Sequence record: OZ035803.1
Direction: 5' to 3' (one strand)
From: Kayfunavirus LI10P1
Length of the DNA: 39,854 bases
Both the position numbers and the translations under genes were made by a program. Shown in pieces: positions 1-6,301 of this stretch (position 1 is its first letter; each line of letters opens with the position of its first letter). The notes below the pieces were generated by a model, which saw only the letters and a list, made by a program, of their open reading frames with translations, did not search any database and was not told where the DNA came from.

Positions 1-33
1 TACAAAACGATTAAAGGAGGTGGTAAAACATGA
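1..33 (+). CDS. 17.5: 3' end of holin gene (T7 gene 17.5-like); continues in frame from the ORF open at the window end (39693..39854)
   Basis: Reading frame of 39693..39854 ends exactly on a codon boundary at 39854 and continues at position 1 as YKTIKGGGKT-stop (TGA at 31-33), overlapping the ATG of gene 18. Joined product is about 64 aa, like T7 gp17.5. Confidence 0.6.
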   Translation, partial: YKTIKGGGKT

Positions 34-293
34 CGCAGATGGACTTAGAGAAGTTCCTCTTGATGCTTGATACTGAACGTGCTCGACTCATGCTGCAAGA
101 CTTGCGGGATGACACTAAGCGTTCACCTCAGCTCTACAACTCCATTGAGAAGCTGCTTGCTCGTCACAACTTTGTGTTAAGCAAGGTGTCTGTGGACGAG
201 AAGACGCTGGCTGATATGGAGGCCCTGAACGCAGAGTACGATAGGGTTCTTTCAGCGACTGAGGATAATGACACAGGGTATGGTGTTCAATAA
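30..293 (+). CDS. 18: DNA maturation protein A / small terminase subunit (T7 gp18-like)
   Basis: 87-aa ORF with RBS AAAGGAGG upstream; sequence (..FLLMLDTERARLMLQDL..RSPQLYNSIEKLLARH..) resembles T7 gp18 as recalled; sits immediately before the 18.5/19 block. Confidence 0.85.
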   Translation: MTQMDLEKFLLMLDTERARLMLQDLRDDTKRSPQLYNSIEKLLARHNFVLSKVSVDEKTLADMEALNAEYDRVLSATEDNDTGYGVQ

Positions 294-295
294 GT

Positions 296-345
296 GTTAG
301 ACTCAAGGTCATTACTATATGTAGTGGCCTTTATGGTTAACACTA
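296..345 (+). promoter_or_regulatory. Conserved RNA hairpin (RNase III-like processing site, R18.5-like)
   Basis: Stem AAGGTCA (305-311) pairs with TGGCCTT (325-331) including one G-U pair, with a 13-nt loop; same stem with different loops recurs at 9558-9584 and 16663-16687; resembles the T7 R1.1 motif GAGUGGCCUUUAUGAUU. Confidence 0.4.
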
Positions 346-394
346 ACTAGTGGAGGCAACTCTACGTGAAATCTGATAAACCGGGAGGGCAACT

Positions 395-844
395 ATGCTC
401 GAATTTTTAAAGAGAGCGGCTCCGTGGTTACTTGCAGCAGTGATGTTTGCTGGTGGCTACCACACCGCTAACAATAAGTGGGAGGCTAAGGTCAATGCAG
501 AATACACCTCGAATCTTAAGGCATCGGAAGATACAAGGCTTGCTGTCCAAGCTGAAGTCAACAAAGTGTCCAAACGGTTTCAGGACGAAATGTCCTCGTT
601 GGAAGGCAGCACTGATAGGATTATTGCTGACCTTCAGTCTGACAATAAGCGGCTGCGCATCCGAGTCAAACCAACGAGTGGAACCACGCAAAGTGACGGT
701 CGATGCGTCATTGATGGTTACGCCGAACTTGACGAACGAGATGCTAAACGTCTTATCGCCATCGGAGTGAAAGGAGACAAGTGGATTAAGGCCCTTCAGG
801 ACACTGTGAGAGCCTTGCAGCAAGATAAGGAGGTGACGCATTGA
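395..844 (+). CDS. 18.5: i-spanin (Rz-like, T7 gp18.5-like)
   Basis: 149-aa ORF with hydrophobic N-terminal segment ([15 protein letters not shown]) followed by a charged, helical-looking periplasmic region; an embedded +1-frame ORF carries a lipobox; position between gene 18 and gene 19 as in T7. Confidence 0.8.
   Translation: MLEFLKRAAPWLLAAVMFAGGYHTANNKWEAKVNAEYTSNLKASEDTRLAVQAEVNKVSKRFQDEMSSLEGSTDRIIADLQSDNKRLRIRVKPTSGTTQSDGRCVIDGYAELDERDAKRLIAIGVKGDKWIKALQDTVRALQQDKEVTH
495..770 (+). CDS. 18.7: o-spanin (Rz1-like, T7 gp18.7-like) embedded in 18.5 in the +1 frame; start codon uncertain
   Basis: Embedded ORF contains [23 protein letters not shown] with lipobox LTISG-C (Cys codon 654-656) and a short mature part; the nearest in-frame ATG is at 495, which would give an unusually long pre-sequence, so the true start is unresolved. 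Confidence 0.45.
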   Translation: MQNTPRILRHRKIQGLLSKLKSTKCPNGFRTKCPRWKAALIGLLLTFSLTISGCASESNQRVEPRKVTVDASLMVTPNLTNEMLNVLSPSE

Positions 845-2604
845 GTAAAGATTTAGTGGCGCGTCAGGCGCTAATGACTGCCCGTATGAAGGCAGACTTC
901 GTGTTCTTCCTGTTCGTCCTGTGGAAAGCTCTGTCACTACCAGTCCCGACTCGCTGTCAGATTGACATGGCGAAGAAACTATCGGCTGAGGACAACAGGC
1001 GTTTCATCCTACAGGCGTTCCGTGGTATCGGGAAGTCATTCATTACGTGCGCATTCGTGGTATGGAAACTGTGGAACAACCCAGACTTGAAGTTCATGAT
1101 TGTGTCGGCCTCAAAGGAACGAGCCGATGCGAACTCCATCTTCATCAAGCGAATCATCGACCTCATGCCTCAGCTTCAGGAACTTAAACCTAAGCAGGGG
1201 CAGCGAGATGCGGTTATCAGCTTCGACGTTGGACCAGCCAAGCCAGATCACTCACCTTCGGTTAAGTCCGTTGGTATCACTGGTCAGTTGACTGGTAGTC
1301 GTGCTGACATCCTGATTGCCGATGACGTGGAGGTTCCGAACAACTCAGCGACTCAGGCTGCACGAGACCGTCTGTCAGAGCTTGTGAAAGAGTTCGACGC
1401 TATCCTGAAGCCGGGAGGTACAATCATCTATCTGGGTACTCCTCAGAACGAGATGACCTTGTATCGTGAGCTGGAAGGCCGAGGATACACCACTACTATC
1501 TGGCCTGCTCGTTATCCACGCGATAAGAAGGACTGGCAGTCTTACGGCGACCGTCTGGCTCCTATGCTTCAGGCAGAGCTGGAAGAGGACCCTGAGTCCT
1601 TCTACTGGCGTCCGACCGATGAAGTACGATTCGATGATACGGACCTGAAGGAACGTGAGCTGTCCTATGGTAAAGCTGGATTCGCTCTACAGTTCATGCT
1701 TAACCCAAACCTGAGTGATGCTGAGAAGTACCCTCTGAAGCTCCGTGACCTTATCGTAGCCGACTTGGACCCAGCGTCTAGCCCAATGGTATACCAATGG
1801 CTTCCTAACCCTCAGAACAAGCGTGAGGACGTTCCTAACGTTGGACTCATGGGTGACTCATACCACACGTATCAGACTGTAGGTTCTGCCTTCAGCTCAT
1901 ACACCCAGAAGATTCTGGTCATTGACCCTAGTGGTCGTGGTAAGGATGAAACTGGTTATGCGGTACTGTACCAGCTCAACGGCTACATCTTCGCTATGGA
2001 AGTTGGTGGTATGCGTGGTGGCTATGAAGACTCTACGCTGGAAGCATTGGCTAAGATTGGTCGTAAGTGGAAGGTCAACGAATACGTCATTGAGGGTAAC
2101 TTCGGTGATGGTATGTACCTTGAGCTATTCAAGCCTGTAGCGGCCCGTATACATCCTGCTGCTGTAACTGAAGTGAAGAGTAAGGGTCAGAAAGAACTCC
2201 GCATCTGTGACGTTCTGGAGCCTATCATGGGGTCTCACCGACTTATCGTCAACGCTGCTGCTATCGTACAAGATTACCAGTTGGCCTCTGATAAGGATGG
2301 TGTTCGTAACCCTATCTACTCTCTCTTCTACCAGATGACACGTATCTCTCGTGAACGTGGAGCATTGGCACACGATGACCGACTTGATGCGCTGGCTATC
2401 GGTGTACAGTTCTTCGTTGAGTCTATGGCGAAGGATGCCAACAAAGGCGAACGTGAAGTCACTGAGGAGTGGCTGGAAGAACAGATGGAGAACCCACGGA
2501 AAGGCTTCGAGTCAATCCACACTGAGTTCTGGGACAATGGGGTCAGGGTAACTCACGATACTGACGACGAGATGGGACTAGGGTCCTACGTTACGTTCCA
2601 CTAG
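841..2604 (+). CDS. 19: Terminase large subunit / DNA maturation protein B (T7 gp19-like); probable TTG start
   Basis: 587-aa ORF collinear with T7 gp19 ([102 protein letters not shown]). AAGGAGGTGA lies 6 nt upstream of TTG 841; the next ATG (874) has no RBS and would truncate the conserved N-terminus. Confidence 0.95.
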   Translation: MSKDLVARQALMTARMKADFVFFLFVLWKALSLPVPTRCQIDMAKKLSAEDNRRFILQAFRGIGKSFITCAFVVWKLWNNPDLKFMIVSASKERADANSIFIKRIIDLMPQLQELKPKQGQRDAVISFDVGPAKPDHSPSVKSVGITGQLTGSRADILIADDVEVPNNSATQAARDRLSELVKEFDAILKPGGTIIYLGTPQNEMTLYRELEGRGYTTTIWPARYPRDKKDWQSYGDRLAPMLQAELEEDPESFYWRPTDEVRFDDTDLKERELSYGKAGFALQFMLNPNLSDAEKYPLKLRDLIVADLDPASSPMVYQWLPNPQNKREDVPNVGLMGDSYHTYQTVGSAFSSYTQKILVIDPSGRGKDETGYAVLYQLNGYIFAMEVGGMRGGYEDSTLEALAKIGRKWKVNEYVIEGNFGDGMYLELFKPVAARIHPAAVTEVKSKGQKELRICDVLEPIMGSHRLIVNAAAIVQDYQLASDKDGVRNPIYSLFYQMTRISRERGALAHDDRLDALAIGVQFFVESMAKDANKGEREVTEEWLEEQMENPRKGFESIHTEFWDNGVRVTHDTDDEMGLGSYVTFH

Positions 2605-2698
2605 CTGAATGAATAACTATAGGCGAAAACTGAATTAATAAGCAGTTAGTAACCTATAGTTACTACCAGCCTAACCTACTGTTTTATAAGGAGTTTGG

Positions 2699-2721
2699 AC
2701 TTAACTATCACTATAGGGAAG
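2699..2721 (+). promoter_or_regulatory. Phage RNAP promoter (phiOR-like, downstream of gene 19)
   Basis: acTTAACTATCACTATA-GGGAAG; matches the 11-member family (TAAACTATCACTATAGGGA) with one mismatch at -14; predicted +1 G at 2716. Confidence 0.75.
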
Positions 2722-2900
2722 ACCCCCGGTTACTTATAGTATTACTGTAGTGAATATACATATGCAGACTTTATGCAAGACCTTAGGAGGCAGACTCCGA
2801 GTTCTTACCTAAGGCTTGCACCGATGGAAGGAGGGTGATATTAATCATAATCCCTCCTATACAGATAGTAAAGACCATAGATACAGGAGGTATGTAGCAT

Positions 2901-3059
2901 ATGGCAAAGACCAAAGCTGTCCTTAAAGCTCTGGCGACCAATCGAGCTACATACAGGTTTCTTGCTGCTGTTCTACTTGCTGCTGGCGTTACTGCTGGAA
3001 GTCAGTGGGTCGGGTGGGTCGAGACTCTCGTATGTTCTCTGGTCTCTCAGTGTAATTAA
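2901..3059 (+). CDS. 19.5: Small membrane protein (T7 gp19.5-like)
   Basis: 52-aa ORF not in the supplied track (below its length cut-off), RBS AGGAGG 2886-2891; MAKTKAVLKALATNRATYRFLAAVLLAAGV.. resembles T7 gp19.5 (..RVTYRFLVVL..) as recalled; last gene before the genome right end as in T7. Confidence 0.6.
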   Translation: MAKTKAVLKALATNRATYRFLAAVLLAAGVTAGSQWVGWVETLVCSLVSQCN

Positions 3060-3128
3060 CGCAATCATAGTAACGATTCATGAGCGGAAGACCTAAGGTC
3101 AGTACGTGGATAAAGACTCACTCTACTG

Positions 3129-3270
3129 ACCTTAGCTACTGTAGGTCAAGGACTTTAGGTAACACCTTAATAGAAGCTCACTTAGGGTCATCCTACTTAT
3201 TGGTCTATCCTAGTGTCGCCTGACCTACGGTCCTTGACCTACAGTAGCTGCCACCTACGGTCACTCGATG
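3129..3270. repeat. Short repeats (CCTAC[A/G]GT[C/A]) left of the predicted terminal repeat, i.e. right genome end
   Basis: Direct copies at 3224-3232 (cctacggtc), 3238-3246 (cctacagta), 3254-3262 (cctacggtc), plus an inverted copy in gctactgtaggtcaagg near 3140-3156. Confidence 0.5.
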
Positions 3271-3298
3271 AGTTTTGGACCAAAAGTTTGAGACCACA

Positions 3299-3478
3299 TC
3301 TCACAGTTCAAGAACCTCAAGTCTCCCCATAGGCCCTCTTTCAGTCCAGACAAAGGCCCTACCCCCAGTCTATCATAAGGCTGGACCGATGGTCAAGACG
3401 TTAGGTCAACGATAGGTCTAGGCTATGGCTGGAGGTCAGGACGATAGGTAGGGACTATGGGTCTGCCTCTGAGTCCCT
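3299..3478. repeat. Predicted direct terminal repeat (single copy in this circular assembly); physical left end at about 3299
   Basis: TCTCACAGTTCAAGAACCTCAAGTCTCCCCATAGGCCC at 3299 parallels the T7 left-end sequence TCTCACAGTGTACGGACCTAAAGTTCCCCCATAGGGGG; ..CTCTGAGTCCCT ending at 3478 parallels the end of the T7 repeat (..CTCTGTGTCCCT). Boundaries are by analogy only. Confidence 0.45.
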
Positions 3479-3515
3479 ATCTGTATAGTGATATAGTATA
3501 ACATTACGTCCTACA

Positions 3516-3611
3516 CCTACAGTCTAACTAACCTACAGTCATTGACTCCTGCTGTACCTACAGTCACCGACCATCGGTAAAGCCATTACCTACAGTCAAA
3601 GACCTACAGTC
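3516..3611. repeat. Array of five direct 9-mer repeats CCTACAGTC just inside the left end
   Basis: Exact copies at 3516, 3532, 3557, 3589 and 3603 with irregular 14-32 nt spacing; analogous in position to the ACCTAAAG-type repeats next to the T7 terminal repeat. Confidence 0.6.
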
Positions 3612-3723
3612 TAACGACACAAAGCTATAGACTTAAGGTCTAATACATGTTAGTCAAAGACTATATCCTCTTAGTCACTATGGGGCCGACGATAGCTTAA
3701 TCAATATTATTTAAGATTACCTA

Positions 3724-3752
3724 TTGACTACAGGTCCAGACTATGGCTTAAT
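3724..3752 (+). promoter_or_regulatory. Host sigma70-type early promoter (T7 A1-like)
   Basis: -35 TTGACT (3724-3729), 17-nt spacer, -10 CTTAAT (weak); flanking sequence ..ccggataagtagacagcctgataagtc.. closely parallels the T7 A1-A2 region. Confidence 0.45.
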
Positions 3753-3864
3753 AGCTTCCGTCAACACGACACGGCAACAACCGGATAGTGAAGACGCCGG
3801 GTCATCCCGGTTAAGTAGACAGCCTGATAAGTCATACGAACAACAGGCAGATGACAGAAAGTAG

Positions 3865-3894
3865 TTGACAAGATGTACCGACTTAAAGTAGTAT
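3865..3894 (+). promoter_or_regulatory. Host sigma70-type early promoter (T7 A2/A3-like)
   Basis: -35 TTGACA (3865-3870), 18-nt spacer, -10 TAGTAT (3889-3894), followed by gtaccacat..gctctttaacaatctgg, which parallels the sequence downstream of T7 A3. Confidence 0.55.
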
Positions 3895-4011
3895 GTACCA
3901 CATCAACACGAAACAACGGTGACGACCAACACTGAAACGGTCTACCTGAAGTCCTCTGACTGAAGGGAATGCTCTTTAACAATCTGGATAAACTCTTAAT
4001 GTGCGCCGATA

Positions 4012-4070
4012 GCGACTAACTACAGGGCCTTTGAGTCTACATCTGAAGGCCCTGACTGATAGTCACTAAC
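4012..4070 (+). promoter_or_regulatory. Early-region conserved hairpin element, copy 1 (probable RNA processing site)
   Basis: gcgactaactaCAGGGCCTTtgagtctacatctgAAGGCCCTGactgatagtcactaac: 9-bp stem with 14-nt loop, immediately upstream of the RBS of the first early ORF. Confidence 0.45.
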
Positions 4071-4086
4071 TTAAAGGATGGACACT

Positions 4087-4332
4087 ATGAAACACTTAAG
4101 CACAATCACTAACAGCAATGAAGTATTCGTGAACACTAAAGGCTATGCGTGGATTCAGCTTAAAGAGATGACAGGAGCGCGTCACCGTGTGGTAGTGCGC
4201 AAGGTATCAAGCAAGCCGTTCAGCAACTACAGCGTAGATACTGTGCGCATAGACAACGAGACATACCTGATAGATTCGCAGATAACCGTGAGTCCTACAG
4301 CGGGCGTCTCAGCTCCTTATTTCGCTAACTGA
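4087..4332 (+). CDS. Hypothetical early protein (first early gene, upstream of ocr)
   Basis: 81-aa ORF (track ORF 4078..4332; ATG 4087 preferred because AGGA is 9 nt upstream); lies between a host promoter plus hairpin and ocr; no recognisable motif. Confidence 0.6.
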   Translation: MKHLSTITNSNEVFVNTKGYAWIQLKEMTGARHRVVVRKVSSKPFSNYSVDTVRIDNETYLIDSQITVSPTAGVSAPYFAN

Positions 4333-4336
4333 GAGT

Positions 4337-4390
4337 GATTAACTACAGGTCGTTAGACTCATAGCGGCCTGACTGATAGGCACTAACACA
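4337..4390 (+). promoter_or_regulatory. Early-region conserved hairpin element, copy 2 (covarying stem)
   Basis: gattaactaCAGGTCGTTagactcatAGCGGCCTGactgataggcactaac: arms pair over 9 positions using two G-U wobbles; flanks (gattaactacagg / gactgatag-cactaac) are conserved with copies 1 and 3. Confidence 0.45.
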
Positions 4391-4415
4391 TACTTAACTT
4401 TGAGAGGATATAACT

Positions 4416-4922
4416 ATGGAACGTAACGCTAACGCATACTATGAGCTGCTGGCTGCAACCGTTGAGGCATTTATCGAGCGTATTCAGTACGACCACCTGA
4501 CTCAAGATGACGACTACAGCGATGCGCTGCATGAGGTCGTAGGCGGTCAGGTCCCGCACTATTACCACGAGATTTTCACGGTGATGGCTGCTGATGGTAT
4601 AGACCACGAGTTCGAAGACTCTGGGCTGATGCCTGAAACCAAGGACGTAACGCGTATCCTACAAGCTCGCATCTATGAGGCGCTTTATAACGATGTGTCT
4701 AATAGCTTGGATGTAGTCTGGTTTGAGGATGAAGAGGCAGACGAAGAGGATGAATATTGGGTAGTTGACGCTAAAACAGGCGCAATAATTGTGCAAGCTG
4801 TAGCTCTTGAGGTCGCTACTGCATGTGCCAAGGTTAACTATGCGGCAGGTCGCCACCTGAAGGTGGAAGACATCAATGATAACGTAGTGTTCGACCCTGC
4901 GGCTGAGGACTGCGAGCGATGA
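4416..4922 (+). CDS. ocr: Ocr-like DNA-mimic anti-restriction protein (T7 gp0.3 homolog) with a C-terminal extension
   Basis: Residues about 20-115 align with T7 Ocr as recalled ([43 protein letters not shown] versus T7 [43 protein letters not shown]); acidic stretch [10 protein letters not shown]; about 50 extra C-terminal residues; RBS GAGAGGA. Confidence 0.85.
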   Translation: MERNANAYYELLAATVEAFIERIQYDHLTQDDDYSDALHEVVGGQVPHYYHEIFTVMAADGIDHEFEDSGLMPETKDVTRILQARIYEALYNDVSNSLDVVWFEDEEADEEDEYWVVDAKTGAIIVQAVALEVATACAKVNYAAGRHLKVEDINDNVVFDPAAEDCER

Positions 4923-5089
4923 TAACTTACGGTTTATGCCAGCACCACGTCACCAACGCCCGACTTATGGTCAAGACCGGGCGATTAAACCACGAGGAGT
5001 CTATGCGTCTCTTGAAAGTGGTCTACAGGAGACGCAAGCGCATACACGACAGCTTACACTCTGAGGATAACCAACAATGTACCAGATAA
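4919..5089 (+). CDS. Hypothetical small basic protein (56 aa); weakly supported
   Basis: ATG overlaps the ocr stop (ATGA); [28 protein letters not shown]..; no strong RBS; not in the supplied track (below its length cut-off). Confidence 0.3.
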   Translation: MITYGLCQHHVTNARLMVKTGRLNHEESMRLLKVVYRRRKRIHDSLHSEDNQQCTR

Positions 5090-5160
5090 CTTATAGCAGT
5101 GAACAGGCATTCTACGATGGGTGCTACGAGCTGATGAAGCGCGATACTTGCTAGCGATAG

Positions 5161-5218
5161 TGATTAACTACAGGGTCTTTGAGTCTACATCTGAAGGCCC
5201 TGACTGATAGTCACTAAC
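5161..5218 (+). promoter_or_regulatory. Early-region conserved hairpin element, copy 3
   Basis: tgattaactaCAGGGTCTTtgagtctacatctgAAGGCCCTGactgatagtcactaac: near-identical to copy 1 with a C-to-T change that keeps pairing as G-U; directly upstream of the ORF at 5235. Confidence 0.45.
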
Positions 5219-5234
5219 AACTGAGAGGACAGAT

Positions 5235-5462
5235 ATGAACACAATCACTGGTGCCATAGCCAAAGGTTTTCGAGCAATTTTCAGTGAATCGCAAGAAGTA
5301 TGCACCAATCATAAATTCGTACTTTCTTGCGTAGTAGGGGACGAGTTTGACGGATTCGATAAACTGGTGGTTTGCGACCATTGTGGACAAGAGGCTATCC
5401 AACGCTCAAACGGTAAATTTGAATTAATAGACGATAGCCTTACAGAAGGAGACGGCGAGTAA
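5235..5462 (+). CDS. Hypothetical early protein (75 aa), Cys-containing
   Basis: RBS GAGAGGA 8 nt upstream; contains C..C and CDHC (possible metal-binding); no recognisable homolog from memory. Confidence 0.55.
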   Translation: MNTITGAIAKGFRAIFSESQEVCTNHKFVLSCVVGDEFDGFDKLVVCDHCGQEAIQRSNGKFELIDDSLTEGDGE

Positions 5463-5594
5463 CCTAGATAAACAGGAGAGAACCAAATCGTAGCTTGACC
5501 ATAACGCTGACAGGTGGATACTGAGTGATAGACGAGAGGTCATCGACTGATAGGTGGCCTCAAAGATTACCACTTACATTAATAGGAGTTAACT

Positions 5595-5684
5595 ATGAAT
5601 ATCGGTTACTGGGTGTGCTTATCTCCGGTCATCTTTCTGATAGGGTATGGGATATACGACTGTATTAAACGGAAATCACTATGA
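5595..5684 (+). CDS. Putative small hydrophobic peptide (29 aa)
   Basis: RBS TAGGAG 5584-5589; MNIGYWVCLSPVIFLIGYGIYDCIKRKSL (single predicted transmembrane segment); stop overlaps the next ATG (ATGA); below the track cut-off. Confidence 0.3.
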   Translation: MNIGYWVCLSPVIFLIGYGIYDCIKRKSL

Positions 5685-5878
5685 GTCTTGCACTATTGAT
5701 AGCCATAGGCTATGGACTTATCGCATACGTGCTGGTGAGAGACATCAACAAGGCACGTAAAGTCTATAAATTCAACTATGTACGTATGGTCCGCTGGACT
5801 GTACGTCAACCTAACGGACGATTCCTGCGCAATTTAGCGAACGTCTGGGATATAGCAACTCTTGGGAGCAAACTGTAA
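5681..5878 (+). CDS. Hypothetical early membrane protein (65 aa)
   Basis: N-terminal hydrophobic segment LALLIAIGYGLIAYVLV followed by a basic region; translationally coupled to its neighbours (overlapping stop/start). Confidence 0.5.
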   Translation: MSLALLIAIGYGLIAYVLVRDINKARKVYKFNYVRMVRWTVRQPNGRFLRNLANVWDIATLGSKL

Positions 5879-6204
5879 TGAACAAGTCATACGGGATTAA
5901 TCTGGTACACTCTATGGACGCAGAAATGAACATGTTAAGCCTACTGGCTACCGGGTATCGTCACGGAACGTCAAGTCACACCGCACGTCAACAGCAGGAG
6001 CGGGACCGTGTACTACAGGCGCGACTCCGGGCAGAGGGCCATAAGTCCGAACTGATGTGTCTGGCGTATGGTGGACGACCAATCACCGACGATGGTAAAC
6101 TTCTGGTATCAGGCTGGAAGGCGATAGACCAACGGTCAACCATCAAGCACACGACCAAAGGTGACTTCAGTCATCTTCACGCTAACCCACTGATATGCAA
6201 GTAA
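5878..6204 (+). CDS. Hypothetical early protein (108 aa), last gene before the RNAP gene
   Basis: ATG overlaps the previous stop (TAATG); no similarity to the T7 0.7 kinase as recalled; position corresponds to T7 genes 0.6-0.7. Confidence 0.55.
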   Translation: MNKSYGINLVHSMDAEMNMLSLLATGYRHGTSSHTARQQQERDRVLQARLRAEGHKSELMCLAYGGRPITDDGKLLVSGWKAIDQRSTIKHTTKGDFSHLHANPLICK

Positions 6205-6209
6205 TTATG

Positions 6210-6232
6210 ACTTAACTATCACTATAGGACTC
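6210..6232 (+). promoter_or_regulatory. Phage RNAP promoter immediately upstream of the RNAP gene
   Basis: acTTAACTATCACTATA-GGACTC, one mismatch to the family consensus (same variant as the promoters at 2699 and 29425); +1 G at 6227, 75 nt before ATG 6302. Confidence 0.65.
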
Positions 6233-6301
6233 AAGGTCTAAGACTCCAAGTGAAAGACCAAAGAGACTCTAAGTGAAAGACTAATAACAAGGACTTTAAG
6301 T

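Noticed and set aside
428-937. Reverse-strand ORFs throughout the window (for example 428..937, 6502..6970, 13407..13919, 23879..24280, 25455..25865, 32280..32636)
   Set aside because: Each lies antisense to a well-supported + strand gene with clear homology. T7-like genomes are transcribed entirely left to right, and no RBS or promoter supports them.
2616-2661. 10-bp inverted repeat taactatagg / cctatagtta after the terminase gene as a possible terminator
   Set aside because: The 28-nt loop and absence of a U tract make an intrinsic terminator unlikely; it may be a processing site or part of a secondary origin, but there is not enough evidence.
3481-3500. Inverted promoter-like sequence ctgtatagtgatatagt at the boundary of the predicted terminal repeat
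   Set aside because: It resembles the reverse complement of the promoter core (cctatagtgatagt) but has several mismatches, and a leftward promoter would be unprecedented; more likely part of the conserved end sequence.
3516-3611. Short direct repeats near the genome ends as a possible CRISPR array
   Set aside because: Repeat unit is only 9 bp with irregular 14-32 nt spacers and no cas genes; position and sequence match T7-type terminal-region repeats instead.
3672-3692. Degenerate promoter-like sequence cttagtcactatggggcc upstream of the A1-like promoter (possible phiOL analogue)
   Set aside because: Only the tcactat core matches and the initiation region differs; too weak to call without transcript mapping.
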